A stretch of DNA of 62,977 nucleotides, counting the filler, from Lenisia limosa (Eukaryota; Protista; Breviatea), in the NCBI GenBank assembly GCA_001655205.1. It is 10 parts of 10 records of this genome, joined end to end, with 100 filler letters (N's around TTAATTAATTAA, not from the genome) between each part and the next. Parts side by side here need not be neighbours in the genome. Positions count along the whole stretch, not along the records: positions 37,078 to 47,559 come from LPNZ01005651.1; positions 47,660 to 51,386 come from LPNZ01011562.1; 8 more parts are not named here. The stretch is one strand, 5' to 3'. The position numbers were made by a program, and so were the translations under genes. The notes under the pieces were generated by a model, which saw nothing but the letters and a program-made list of their open reading frames with translations, was not told where the DNA came from and searched no databases. Shown piece after piece: positions 37,129-51,486 of this stretch (positions are counted from its first letter, which is position 1; every line of letters starts with the position of its first letter).

Positions 37129-40100
37129 AGAGGAGGTGCCCCCTCCGCTGCCGTGTCAGCCCTTCAAGCCACCACCCATCCCCCACACCAACACTCCCTT
37201 AGGCCGACACACGGGACGGGTTGTGCAGTGGCAGCCGCCGGCAGACTCCGACATGTGGGCTTCCGGGTCGGCCTTTTGGTCACCGATTATTCTTAGTATT
37301 GGTACAACCTTGTTTATTTATCATCTCTCTCATCTCTATAATACATATGATATGACACATAAAATACATGTATATTATTGAATTTTTTACCGTCTCCATC
37401 ATTAATATAAAAAGATTTCACAAATATTTACACGCCATACTTCCCCCGTTTTCTTCAATGCCAACATAGTAAACATTTGCTTCTGTGTTCTGATTGAATT
37501 TCGAGGCTTTCTCTGAACCCTCTCCTTTTGACACGGAGAAATGCATGACGCATGACGGTTCAGATCGCCTCGCCAGTCCGGCCCGACCTTCGTGCAGAAC
37601 GACCTCGCCTTCAACAACCTCGAGCGCGGCATTTACTCCATCGAACTATCAAGTCAGTGGCTTATGGGGAGGGCATTATGTTCCGAGGGGAATGAGAAGA
37701 ACAGTTTTAATAATGTGACAGATTGGTGCATCTGACACATTCAAGACAGTATCTTTGGTAATTGATTATTCAGATAACAGCTGGGCTTCTTCCTCTCCAC
37801 TCCCCTCAAACAGACCAGTCACAAGAGAAGACTACAAAATATTACTCCAAGAGGTAGGATTTCTCTCTCGATCCCTCTCTCTACCTCTCATGTGTGTGTT
37901 ACTGTTTTTATCATAAGTCCTTTCTTCCTTCCCTAGTTCAACATCCTGCTGTCTACGGCTGACGCAAGGTCCACTAAGGCTGAAATGACGGACTCTACGC
38001 AGAGGGCGGTCGACTTGGTGTGCTGAGTAATCTTGTTCTTTCATAGTATCATATCATAAATAACACAAACAAGCCACCAGACAATCTGGCACAGATATTG
38101 TGTTTGCATCTGTTCTGTCTATTCTGAATCCAACACCCTCAATGCCCTTGTTACGATCCAGGTTTTGAGTCGTTTGGTGGAGCTTTTGGGCGTGAAGAGT
38201 CGCGACGCGTCAGCCATACTGCACACTGCACGGCATCGATACTCCTCCATGTTCTCCAACTTCAGGTGGGAGGAATATGATTGAGAGAAAAAGTAAATAT
38301 TTTCGAATCATCCACTTGAGATTGGTGATAAAACGAAACAAGCTTCCACCACCAATAATGATCATATTTCTTCCAAATACCCATATAATTACACTATACC
38401 ACCAAGATGAGCCTCCAGGTCAATGCTCGAGGAAATCGCAGTGGAGAAGAATGAGGCTCTTGAGGAGACACAGACCATCCGGGGGTCTCTCGCGATCATG
38501 GATACAAAACTCGAGGAACAGGAGCAACTGGCTCATCGCCGTGCTCGGAACGCTATTCAAGAGGGTTGGGGGGGGGGGGGGNNNNNNNNNNNNNNNNNNN
38601 NNNNNNNNNNNNNNNNNNNNNNNNNNNNNNNNNNNNNNNNNNNNNNNNNNNGAATTTTAAACCGTTGAGTTGAACATCCAGCCTGTAGTGCAGTGACGGG
38701 ATAAGTTTTGACCGATTTGCTAAGTGATTTCCCAAGGATAATAGGTCAAGACTTAACCCGGTCATAGTATACCATATAAAGTTTGATTGTACCCCCCCCC
38801 CCCNNNNNNNNNNNNNNNNNNNNNNNNNNNNNNNNNNNNNNNNNNNNNNNNNGGCTAAGAACGAGAGTCTCAACAATCGCCTTACTGCTCTGCATGACAT
38901 TTTTGTCGCCTTGAAGGTTGGCCGTGGGGTTATTGCTAAAATGATTGCATCGCAGATTATACGTGTTTATCTTTTTTGAAGAGTAGAAATTCGTATTAGT
39001 CCAGACTTCTAATATCGATATTTTCAGCGGTCTTATAGATTGAAGTGAAGCCCAAATGAGAGGGCTGTCATGTCTTCACTTATTTCCTCAGGACAACCCC
39101 CAGCAAATGAAAGCTGGCCGAAATGAAGGCAGCGACGACCCTCGTGTCATCAAGGCTCAGGTAACTAGTTTGGGATCCTCGATATTTGACCGGTCTTTTC
39201 TGACCGTAGAGCCCCACATACATACTGAAACCCTGGACCTTATGACTCATAGGGAAATATCCATAATATCACAGACACGAACCAACAATTAATCTTTCCC
39301 TCTGGAATCGTATTGAATGCTCTGTGCATATCAGCGCCCCCCCCCCCCCNNNNNNNNNNNNNNNNNNNNNNNNNNNNNNNNNNNNNNNNNNNNNNNNNNN
39401 NNNNNNNNNNNNNNNNNNNNNNNNNNNNNNNNNNNNNNTAGCCAAACAATTGGTTTTTAAAAGACAAAATATGCGATACAACCTAATCTGATATGTTTTG
39501 TTTTGATACGACAGGTGACGATTTTGGAGGATGTAGTTCAGGGCTTAGAAATGCAGCTTGAGGAGAAGGATGCTGAGGTAAGGCTTCTGCAGTACTCGTT
39601 TATAATTTTGCATATTATAGAGCAATGCGTATAGCTCCATAGAAATTTCCCATGCCATGTACTACTTGTTTAGCTTTCACTATAAGCCGTTGGGATTTCC
39701 CGATAACGAAAGTAGCTACGAGTCAGCAGCTCAGAATCCGAGATTCTGCGCAACCGCATTCGGTCCCTCGAAGTCGACCTGGAGAGCCGACCGACCATAG
39801 CGCATAGCAGCAAAAGAGTGGGCTTCTTCAATTGCTTGCAAGTTTACGTATTTCCCCTTTACCGTATTTATACCCATTTTCCCGTTAACGGGTTGGAAGT
39901 CATGTTATGTTTATCACACTCATATAGGAACTTAACTTTCTGTCGCCGTCATCATCATCAATGGCCTTGCTCACTCAATTCCGAAGCACCGCATCACAAG
40001 TCTGCTGGGTGGAGGATGGAATGTTTGAGCCCAATCTAGGCCTGGGTCTGAGCGTTTTGCTGAAATAAGCTGAATCCTTCTTCCTTTCTTGTTCGAAAAT

Positions 40101-41731
40101 GGACAGTATTTTCGCCCATGGATGAGTAACCAAAGAAACACCCCTGATACCCCCTCCCCCCTCCCCAGTGCTTGTTATTGCTTTTTTTGTTTGTTTGTTT
40201 GGAGTTTCAGATTATTCGGTTNNNNNNNNNNNNNNNNNNNNNNNNNNNNNNNNNNNNNNNNNNNNNNNNNNNNNNNNNNNNNNNNNNNNNNNNNNNNNNN
40301 NNNNNNNNNNNNNNNNNNNNNNNNNNTGTTTGTTTTGTAGTTATCAACCCTTGTGTGTTGTCAGCCAAAAGAGTTGATTTGGGCTTTTTTTGTTTCATAA
40401 ATTTTCCAATTTTACTCCCCCCAGACTGATGATGGGAGTGCGCCGCTGAGGGGCTCGCATTCCGCCCTTTCGGTCATGACCAGTTCCACCACAGCTTCCT
40501 CAGTGGGTGACGGGGCGGAAACTTTGATAATACATACTTACACATATCTTTTTTATTATTATTTGTTATTATTATCAATAATATACTAGGTCATAGTAAA
40601 TTTGATCATTGTTGTATTTCTAATTAGAGGATTTTTTTAACAGCTCTTGAGAAGTGAAAACTGAATAGCATTCCATCCCAAGTAATTCAGCCTGGGATTC
40701 ACCTCAGACCAATGAATACCATTTACGCAGTTGCAGAGAGGGCACACCGGACCGGGCGGTCTCGGAAGCTTGTCGGAAGCCGATGAGTCGCCAACTCAGT
40801 CGCCAACCTCGCAGGGATGGAACAAGCTCAAAAAGAACCGCTCTGCTCTGACCTCTCTTTCAAAGCCTGACAATACCACGTGGGAACGTCTTGGTGTATT
40901 AGTCGCAAAGGAGAGACGGACTGTTAATGATTCAGCTTTGTGTCCATACACGCAACATACTACTCACATTCTACAACTTTAATTAGGGCATTTATTCCCA
41001 GTACCGTTGTGACATTTTAGATCCGGCCCTCCCACCCCATTGACAACTGTCTCCGAGCCTCTGCAAGTCTCCAGCAAACACTGTGGGTATGTATCTGCCT
41101 TCTTCCAAACCCAATAATGGATTCCTCAAATCGCTGATCAAAACTTGACGATGCGCGGGTGTTGGTGTTCTGGGTTACGGTATAGTTTATTATATGATGT
41201 GTAGTATACCATATGATATGATATATTGATATTTACGCTATTTTTTTGTTCCACTGAAGTGTATGACTAGACGTGGTTGGAATGACGGTATAAGCCAAAA
41301 AGAACCGATAGATTTTTCATAATCCTTACTGCCCTTTCCTCCACCTATCCCTGATTTTTCAGCCTACGAGAAACCGACCCGCGAGCCCTCCGTCTTAGAG
41401 AGGCGCCAGAAGCAGGTTGAGGAGGAGATTGCCCGCAAGAAAGCCCGGGACGCGGAGTTCATGGCCAAAATGTCCGACGAAACCAAGGAGAGGGTTCAGG
41501 AAAAAGAGAAAGAGGTTGTGCGTGCCGACACCCCCCAGGAAGAACTATCCGTCTCCCCCAGTCCGGAAGAAGCCAGTCCCGTGTCTCAACCCGATCTTCT
41601 TATTGTCACGGATGCCGAGCCCGGAGCGGAGTGGGAGGAGGAACAGCTGCCGACAGAGCCGGACTTCATGGAACTCAGACGAGTAGCTGGCCTGGATTTT
41701 GTTCTCGAAAACGCCCATAGTAGTGACCAGG
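37129..41731 (+). CDS. Unknown coiled-coil protein, multi-exon
   Basis: GT-AG exons in frame, e.g. SMLEEIAVEKNEALEETQTIRGSLAIMDTKLEEQEQ, VTILEDVVQGLEMQLEEKDAE, EILRNRIRSLEVDLE, ERRQKQVEEEIARKKARDAEF. Confidence 0.6.
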
Positions 41732-43402
41732 TGGGGTGATAGGAAAACGCCCAGAGTTCTGGGTCTATTGTCACTTTCAATTGCACAATTAAACTTCATT
41801 CCAAGAGCTTTGGATGATTCAAAATGTAGCGTTTTTGGGAACGAAGTGAACCGCATACTATAACAACGCACCTTCTTTGGTCCAAAGAAGGACAGAATTT
41901 CTCGATAAATCCCCGATAACTGTCGATATTTCACCTCTTTCTATTTTTTTTGTAACAGACCGAAGCCCACGTCATCCTCTCATGGCCTAGATTCTCAACA
42001 AAGAAACAAAGTCGCGCTCGCGCCCCTCGTCTGTTTTTTCGTCTGAAACGCTCAAGCACAATTCCTCAATGCCCGAGCTCCGTGGGGGGTATAAGTAGAT
42101 AGTTTTCTATAGCATGCTTGGTATATGATATCATATCTATATCATGCATAAGAGCATATCAAAGGGTAGTTTTTACTCTTGCTGGCGGTCATTCAGAAAC
42201 TTGTTGGTGTTCCTAATGTCTGAACAATTTTGGTAATTGTCTACTTACCCTTTTAGTCAGCCCCCGGGATGACTTATCAGCTGCCGACATACCAAGGTTT
42301 GCTGTGATTCCCTCCTATCCACTGGGGAAGCTTAATCTCTTATTTGGGACCGTGACGTCATGCCCATGTGTACATGATGTATATTTGTACTGCTTCGGCC
42401 AGATACAACCTTGTTTTTTTTTTGTTTTTTATTGCTATATATATGATTATACATATGATATCTACTATATGGTATATGCATATGATATCTATATGGTATA
42501 TGCATATATAGTATGTATAATATATCATATGATGTACTATGATATCATATATTATATACACATATCGATATCTGTGGTCAACACTGGATGATGAGTTTTT
42601 AGGATAACAAGCTCAAGGCCTTCTTCAGCTTCAAGCTTTGATGATGGCCTTAGGTAAGAGTAGATTTCTTTTTGCCAGGCTATAGCAAGGGCGATGGGCC
42701 TGATCAGAATCTTTCGTTCCAGATGGGTGGAATATCGACATGTACACTGACCGCGATAAATCATTACACGGCTATTGAGCTTGGTATTTGACTATTAAGC
42801 CCCAGTCCGAGTGCCGGAAGTTTGCTCAAGTCAACGTCGTCGTCTCTTCGGCCATCAACTGCAACCCGGAAGAAGAAAAGACCTTGTAAGGGGGATATTA
42901 GCGGATCTTTCATACTCCAAGAATATGTATTCTCTTGCATCCCTTTACTGTATTTAATATTGTCTTTTAATCCTATTTTATTTAATATTATCCACAACCT
43001 CTTTCGCCACTGACAATTACAGCATCGTCAAGAGCACCCAAGGTTGTGTGTTGTGGTTTGATTTCAACGATATACCCAATGTGCAAAAAGAATTTCTCCG
43101 TAATGACAATAGCCCGGCTTGTGGTAGTATTTCTCCGTTATGACAATAGCCCGGCTTGTTTTCATTTTATTTTGCACTAACAAAACAGTCGCCCTCCTCT
43201 CGTGATGTTGAAACCAAGTCCGCAGCAACGCAAGTTGATGTGTGAGCCTCCATCGTAACCTCAGCATTCCCCTCACTCATGATCTCATTGATTGCCGCCT
43301 TTTTTCTAAACCAATTTCAATATCCTAAATAAACAGTGCCTTCTGCTCCCATGGAAAGGGATGGTCTTTTTTTCGTATCTTTACCTAATTGACCTCAAAC
43401 AG

Positions 43403-46400
43403 GTCGCGGTCAGAGACCAAGCTTCTACTTGCCGTTGCCGGTGAGAGGATATTGCTTTGCAGGTGTTGAGACTTTTTGAGAGGGGGGGGGGGTCACGCTA
43501 TCAGAGCGAAACTAAATCCCAAGTNNNNNNNNNNNNNNNNNNNNNNNNNNNNNNNNNNNNNNNNNNNNNNNNNNNNNNNNNNNNNNNNNNNNNNNNNNNN
43601 NNNNNNNNNNNNNNNNNNNNNNNNNNNNNNNNNNNNNNNNNNNNNNNNNNNNNNNNNNNNNNNNNNNNNNNNNNNNNNNNNNNNNNNNNNNNNNNNNNNN
43701 NNNNTTACCCGGAGAAACTGAAGACAATGTCGCTAGTACTCTCAATCCACCCGAAGGTTGCCTAATCTGCATTCGTCATTAATGCCATGTTTAAGTAGAT
43801 GCTCATGTTCCGTAAAAGACTCTCAATAACACCCGATATTTGTCTCCCTCCCTTTCACAGTTCAGCTCCAGCCCTGCTGACGACGGAGGAGGAAAAGGAA
43901 GCCAGCGTGTCAGGCCTCCGGATCGCCTCAATTCTGCGGGCTAGTGTTGGAGCGTTGGCAGCCTCAATGGCTCGCCTTGGCCAAAGATGGGCCATACAGG
44001 TGAGAGATGGGCGTACAGGGGGGTTTAACGAAGGATGAACAAGGAGACACCGAAACGGTCTTCCTCGTATGTATCCAGCAGGGACCTCATCTCTATGTAT
44101 TTGACAGTTGTAGGGCATTCTCACAAGGAGAGGAGACAATATTCGAACAAGAGGTATTAAGCCTGATTTTCTTGCCATTTTTATTGTAATCATAAGATTT
44201 AACCTCCACAGTTCTTCTGGACGACGTGGATATGAGACAGAGAGTGGCGTTGGCTGAAGTTCCGCAGCAAAGCTCCGTCAACTTGCTCGAAATGCTCTCT
44301 ACAAGTGGGTAGCCAATAATAGGGACAAGCCTGTAATATTGTGAGGACAAAGTGGCCTGCGGCCTGTCTCATATTATTATTATTAATACAGTACTTTCAT
44401 CTTGTAATCAACCCTTCTGTGTTTCAAGCCAACAGGGTTTATTTTGGGCGTTAAATTTTCTCTAGTGTTACCTCTCCCCCGCAGACTCGAGTGTCACTGG
44501 GCCGGATAAACACGTGCAATGGGCTATCGGACAGTTCAGAACCATCCTTCTCAATAGGGTAGGCTGGGTTCTTTGTTACTCTTCTTGATTTACCAAATTA
44601 TATTTCTCAATTCCATCTTGAATGGATGTTTTCAGGTACCTTTTTTGTACTAAGCAATTTAGGCAGTGGAAGATGTTCAGAGCCGCACGCACTTCAGTCC
44701 TTTACCCGAGTTTGCCCTCAATGTGTACACGTGGTTCGGGCTGAAGGTACGGGGGTTTACCTTGATTAGGGCTGAAGGTACGGGGATATACCTAGTAGAG
44801 TTGAATTGTGTTTTATTTTTAGCTTTTCCGTCTCTCGCGAAATGATCAGCCTTGATTAATTGAGTTCAGTTTGGCGTGTCTCTTGATCGGGGGGCAGCGA
44901 GACATCAGGATCAGAGGGTCACTGCTGACAGCTCCATCCGTGCCTTCTTGAAAAGTCGGCTTGTTTTGCCTGGATTGAATTTCTTAATAAACCTCCCCAA
45001 CTCTCAAGACGTCATTATTGTTCTTTATTGCCATAGTGCTTTGTTTCATAATGCCTTTTCACTTTGTCGTTGTGGTTCCTTCTCGCTCACCCCCCCCCAG
45101 CTCTGAAAGACCACGCGAACGATAACCCGGAGGCCAGGCTGTGCTTAAGATTCCTTGAAAGCTCCAACAGTTTGAGGGGATCTTTTCATACCCCCTCGAA
45201 CCTCATTTCTGCTTTTCCATGGGTTAGAGGAACAGGGAGGGAGTATGCGAGTGGTGCCTTTGGGAGTTGGTTTATGAAGCTGTAAATGAACATATTGATC
45301 AAGGAGTGTTGGAGCAGTTATCTTTTAGTCCACGGAAGCACTTTCCATGGTCCCAGAAGAATGCTGAATATAATTTGGATATTGCCTAAAGAACATATTG
45401 CCTTCAACAAGACTGCCTTCTGATGAACATTATTATAGCCTAATTAACAGAGCTTCCGGCCGCGTGTGTGTCCATTGCCGCCTTGGCACTCCAAGCAGCC
45501 CTCCCCGCACTGCCGCCCTCCATTAAGAAAGGCGCCCCGTGTGCCATCCATATTGCAGCTGTGGGGGGGGGGGGGNNNNNNNNNNNNNNNNNNNNNNNNN
45601 NNNNNNNNNNNNNNNNNNNNNNNNNNNNNNNNNNNNNNNNNNNNNNNNNNNNNNNNNNNNNNNNNNNNNNNNNNTTTTTGCATCTAACGTAACTCTGGGA
45701 TGATTTGGAAGATAAAACCAAGACGGTGTTGACTTTGACAGATTGAAATGGTGATCACGCAAACATTGGTGCGCATCCCAGCCCCCCTCCGCAGTCAGCT
45801 CATTGCTTTCATCCGAAGGGAGGCTGAAGATGATATGATCGACTGGGTGGGGAGGAAGGGGGGTGAAAAAGCGCTACTATTGAGAAATTATATTCTTCTG
45901 TGACAGCTTAGGCCACAGTAGTATATCATTTAGTTGACACAGTCAACCAGCACTACCACGACTTGAGGAAAGGCATGGCTTTGGCTATCGAATCCGTGCA
46001 ACAAAGTCCGTTTGGCCCCCTTGTCTAAACAATAAAAAGTGACCCTGATAAGTCTTGACTGATTTTCCGTGGGAACCCATAGCAAATCGGACAAGGCTTA
46101 TCCCGATTAATGTATATGGCATCATGTAGTAAATCATATCATGTAATTCATTGTGTGCAGCATCATATTAGTAATACTAAAACTATCTTTGAATACAACC
46201 TGCCTCTTTCTTGAACTTCTTCCATCAGTAATCTTGAAACTGAAAACGACCTTCTTTCTTACCCCCCAGGAATGATTTTATCATTTGCCTCTGGACCCCG
46301 CCCCCAAAGCAGCCCTTCTTCCACCCTGACCTTCGACCAGGTTAGCCACTTAGTGTCCGTTACACTTGATGCAAAATGTTCAAAAGACCATGGTTTCAAT

Positions 46401-46990
46401 AGCTCGAAAGTAGACGTAAAGAGCTCCTGTTTCTTAGTCACCCTGTTTAGTGTCGCGCAGTCTTGGAGCTTCTCCCCGGAATGACCAGGGGAATTGCCCT
46501 TCAGACCTTCACCAAAGCCGCCTCCTTGAATGCAGGAAAGCCCACCATGACATGTGGGGGGTATGAATTCAATTATCGTTTTATGATAACTGATCTTTAG
46601 ATCTATTTTCCTTCCCCATCTCACCCCTGCAGCCCTGCTTGCGGCCGCGGATGATTTATCGCTCTTTATGCCCTCAATCCTTCCACCGGTTACGACGGCG
46701 TACAGAGTTCCGCGTGGTGATGAGGTACGTGGCTGAGGAGGATGATAGGGATTGGTAGTATTTATCAAACNNNNNNNNNNNNNNNNNNNNNNNNNNNNNN
46801 NNNNNNNNNNNNNNNNNNNNNNNNNNNNNNNNNNNNNNNNNNNNNNNNNNNNNNNNNNNNNTGACACTTTAGAATATCTCGGGCCGACAGAGGATTTATC
46901 AGTTATGGGCTCTCTGCCAAGCCGAGCTTCAAGCCGCATTGACCGCCCTGCGCCCCTGGCCTGCCTTATATGGCAAGGTCTTCCATTTGT
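43403..46990 (+). CDS. Unknown multi-exon protein, weak resemblance to TSNAXIP1-like flagellar proteins
   Basis: Exons such as FSPLPEFALNVYTWFGLK|FGVSL... and LKDHANDNPEARLCLRFLE are bounded by GT-AG. The family resemblance is weak recall. Confidence 0.45.
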
Positions 46991-47389
46991 GTGCCGGGGC
47001 TTTGTTGCTACTTCGGGGGAGGAAATGAAACACATAATTGATAAACCACGTTCCTCCCTCATCCTCCTCTTATTGATACAATCCCGATTACCTCTTCCCT
47101 CTCTATACCCATGTATTTGTTCGTTTTTGAGGTTCATCAATGATTTTGTGCTTTTTATACATGTATNNNNNNNNNNNNNNNNNNNNNNNNNNNNNNNNNN
47201 NNNNNNNNNNNNNNNNNNNNNNNNNNNNNNNNNNNNNNNNNNNNNNNNNNNNNNNNNNNNNNNNNNNNNNNNNNNNNNNNNNNNNNNNNNNNNNNNNNNN
47301 NNNNNNNNNNNNNNNNNNNNNNNNNNNNNNNNNNNNNNNNNNNNNNNNNNACCGCCGGAAGCCGCGTCATCAATCCGACGGGTTGGCTC

Positions 47390-47455
47390 TAGGGCTTCAC
47401 CTCCGTTCAAAAATAGATATGTTACCGATATTTTTCGAACCGAAGTGAAGCCTGA
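47390..47455. mobile_element. MITE family A, internally deleted
   Basis: TIRs retained; flanks GTTGGCTC / GTTGGCTT. Confidence 0.75.
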
Positions 47456-48787
47456 GTTGGCTTGGATTGCTTCGATGTTACAATATCAATTCCTACGCAC
47501 GAGACCCCGGCATTTCCTTTCTCATTCCACCCTCTTTATCTTCCAATACCCCCCCCCCCNNNNNNNNNNNNNNNNNNNNNNNNNNNNNNNNNNNNNNNNN
47601 NNNTTAATTAATTAANNNNNNNNNNNNNNNNNNNNNNNNNNNNNNNNNNNNNNNNNNNNCGAAAAGTAAAAGACTCTTGATGATTCCAGTATTAAGCAAA
47701 TCAAAAATAGAGACGAAGTACTACGAAGAGTTGCTGAAGTATATAAATATTGTGGAACAAATTTGTTCTTGAAAATTCTGTATTTTCCCAGCAAACAACT
47801 TTTTCCAGAAAATTCACTGTATTTTTCCAGGAAAACCACTGGAAAAGTGAAAAAATCCGATTCACCTCTCCGTGGTTGTCTTCCTTTTGTTACTCGGAGT
47901 TTTCTGTTGAGGAAAACTCCTTGTAAAAAANNNNNNNNNNNNNNNNNNNNNNNNNNNNNNNNNNNNNNNNNNNNNNNNNNNNNNNNNNNNNNNNNNNNNN
48001 NNNNNNNNNNNNNNNNNNNNNNNNNNNNNNNNNNNNNNNNNNNNNNNNNNNNNNNNNNNNNNNNNNNNNNNNNNNNNNNNNNNNNNNNNNNNNNNNNNNN
48101 NNNNNNNNNNNNNNNNNNNNNNNNNNNNNNNNNNNNNNNNNNNNNNNNNNNNNNNNNNNNGATATATTCAATGTATATCATATGATATAATTATCATTAA
48201 TTGATACATTTACATTCTTGTCCTTAAAAAAAATGTATTTCATTGATAGATATTTGTAATATACCGGTCTTTTTCGGACCTGAGTGAAGCCTTTGTTGGT
48301 GTCATATATTGTTGACTGGGATAATAAAATTTATATTGTATCATACTTATTATGACAAAATCGTTAGCAATATCAAGTAATATTGAAAAAAAGAAAAAAA
48401 AAGGGCCGATGTTCACGGCCAGGTTATGTTCAAGGTCAGGTGACGTACCTAATATATGATATATAAAACGCTCGATTATCTATGCTTGAATGCAACCCAT
48501 CAATGATCTTGTTTTTCAATGTGATCTTGTTTTCCCCTTCTTCTTGCTTCCCATACTAGCCTGAAGTTTTCAGATGATTACTAGGGCTTCACTTCGGTTC
48601 GAAAAAGACCGGTAAAATATCAATAGTTTTTGAGGATCAAGAAATTCAGTCTTTTTTTTTGAACCGAAGTGAAGCGAAAAAAAGAGAGTGAGTCACACAA
48701 ACAAACATGTTAGATCACCCTATCTTGCACACTTATCAAACAAACATGTGAGTTCACCCTTGTACAAAGCTTGCTAGAATAGCCCAC

Positions 48788-50939
48788 TTTCAATTTGATA
48801 TCTGTCATCAGATCCGGGAAGCTCGAATTGGAGAAGAGCGGTTCTGATGTAGCTAATTCATACCTGTATTATACGTTATATGGCTTTCGTACCTGTACTA
48901 TACATTTCAGCAATATAAACTCACTGACAATCTGCACCCTTAATATGCTCTTATAAACGACCCCCCCCATATTATATTATATCTGCCCGCCCCCCTTCAA
49001 CCTATAAATTTTACATATTCCCCCAACACAAATTTTATGAAATGTCATTATATATTATACATATCTAGATATACATATATATATATATATATATATACCA
49101 TATAAATTAGGACCAGACCAGAACACTAAAACCCTTCCATTTACTCAAAATAAAGATATCAAAAATATTACCTAAGTCGGATTATTGGCCGAAACTCCGA
49201 CTTATGGAAAGCTATGTCGATATATGATGGACCCCCTCTCTCCTACAATACGCAGCCGAGACTCCAACAGTCGGACTGAAAAGACGGCACGCCCTGGTGG
49301 AATAGCTCCGGAGCCATGTAGCACCCGGGAAACGTCTGGAACCCCTCGCTCGGCGCCTCGGGGAGTAAAATTGGAAAATATATGAAACAAAAAAAGAGCC
49401 CAAAATCAACTTTGTTGGCTGGCAACACACAAGGGTTAAGGGTTTGGACTGGGGAATTAAACCAAGGGATTAAGGTTTAACATGGAGTGAAAAATAATAA
49501 AATCGAATCTTACATACCTGGGGTGTACCGCCTCCCGGACCGGAAAAACCATGTGCGGGGCTTGGGTTGATCTAAGGGATCAGATTTTACCACGAGAGAA
49601 ACTGACTAGGTATCATAATTGCTTCTTTCAACAGGCTATTATTAATAATATACATCGCATTTACTATTGTAATTCTACATACAACACGAAAAGATCTGAA
49701 TGAAAATATCATATCCCACATCATACGTATTTGAAGTATAAACATGAGTCCCCCCCTCCCCANNNNNNNNNNNNNNNNNNNNNNNNNNNNNNNNNNNNNN
49801 NNNNNNNNNNNNNNNNNNNNNNNNNNNNNNNNNNNNNNNNNNNNNNNNNNNNNNNNNNNNNNNNNNNNNNNNNNNNNNNNNNNNNNNNNNNNNNNNNNNN
49901 NNNNNNNNNNTTTTTTGGGCTTCAAATAGCAAGTCCTAAGAGGTTACTCTTGCCTACGTTAACGGATAATATGGCTGTTGTTGCTTGAGTTTACCGATAA
50001 TATGGCTGCTGTTACTTGAGTTTATGGATAATATGGTTGGTATCGAACTAACAAGCGAATGTAATCTGAAAACACCCCTATGGTCCAAATGATGCGAAAT
50101 AAGAGGGAAAAAAAACGGTAACATAACGACGAAGCTGTCTAAACCATGATGCTTATGAGTGATATTTCTGAAAGTACCCAGGGGTTACTTGCAGAACCCC
50201 CCTCCCCCGTCTCCAACTCGAGATTGGACTTTTGACCCCCTCCCAACTTGAACAGTTGACTGAACCTTGGATGCGTCTGCCACACGAATACTGCGCGAAA
50301 ACGACGCCAGTTTACAGATTCCGCAGCTGTCAAAGAGCAGGCTAATGTATCATCGGAAGGAGGTACGGGGGGGGGGGGGGNNNNNNNNNNNNNNNNNNNN
50401 NNNNNNNNNNNNNNNNNNNNNNNNNNNNNNNNNNNNNNNNNNNNNNNNNNNNNNACTCCTGTACGAAAAAGGTTCGGTAAAATATCGAAATAAATCGAAG
50501 ATTTAAATTCTGTCATTTTCTAGATATGACTGAAGGCCTAGTAATTAGGGCCTCACGTCGGTTCGAAAAAACTCAGGAAAATATCGATAGTTTTCGAAGA
50601 TTTATTGAGACATTCGGTCTTTTTTCGAACCGAAGTGAAGCCCTTCTAGTAATACGTTTTAAATTCATTTTCCAAAGGAGAGCGCAATCTACATTCTACG
50701 TTTCCTCGCCAAAAACCCGTCAACCGACCACCTTAAATCTTGGACACACGCCTACCTTGAAGGTTTGAGGTCACCATAGATTATGCCATTGGTGTGGATG
50801 TAGCTACATTATCAGATTCAAACTCCTACAAGCCCCATTGAGGTTAATTTGCTTAAACGACGGTAAAATCCAGCTCACATGAGGCCTTTTACAATATCTG
50901 TGACAAGAGCCTTAATGGACGTCTCCGGAAGTGGTCCGT
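48788..50939 (-). CDS. ULK4: ULK4/RUNKEL-like pseudokinase, kinase-domain exons
   Basis: DGPLPETSIKALVTDIVKGL|YIHTNGIIYGDLKPS|LLFDSCGICKLASFSRS...GCYMAPELFHQGVPSFQSDCWSLGCVL|YELATSEPLF. HRD reads YGD and DFG reads SFS; the subdomain pattern matches RUNKEL/ULK4. Confidence 0.7.
50546..50645. mobile_element. MITE family A with 8-bp TSD CTAGTAAT
   Basis: 100 bp with TIRs; exact CTAGTAAT on both flanks; lies in a ULK4-like intron. Confidence 0.88.
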
Positions 50940-51486
50940 CTGAATCAGTGAAGGGAGTCCAGTTATCAAAGCAGGATGGTAATTCAGAAAATTGTCGTTC
51001 AATTTTCTCAAAGATTGGCGCATATTGTACGTGATATACGCCAAAGTTTAATCACGAACCAAATGTGTGTGGGGGGGTTATGTAACAAAAAAAGCTCAAA
51101 ATCAACTCGTAATACTTGTTAAATTTCCAATGGTAAATCAGACTTTTCATGCGGAATATTTCAAGCATCTTCGATTCATTGACTTGGCACATCTCCATCC
51201 TATCACTGTACAAAAGATTCTCTCATCCCCCTTCTAACTTTTAAATACATTTATCTTTTACTGTCCAAAAAACAAAGACTTAGCACTGTACCTCCTCAAA
51301 AGATTCAGCAAAACACCCATTTTAATTCAACTATGCACCCATTCAAAAGACCCAGCGCAATTCAAAAAATAAGGTTGTATCTGGCCNNNNNNNNNNNNNN
51401 NNNNNNNNNNNNNNNNNNNNNNNNNNNNNNTTAATTAATTAANNNNNNNNNNNNNNNNNNNNNNNNNNNNNNNNNNNNNNNNNNNN

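Noticed and set aside
46259-48185. Long ORFs spanning N-runs (also 57353-58046)
   Set aside because: Their length comes from X translation across gaps.
49357-49359. Non-canonical GAG acceptor at an alpha-module end
   Set aside because: An in-frame CAG 21 nt downstream (TTCCAG|ACG TTT) also gives TFPGCYMAPE; cannot be decided without RNA data.
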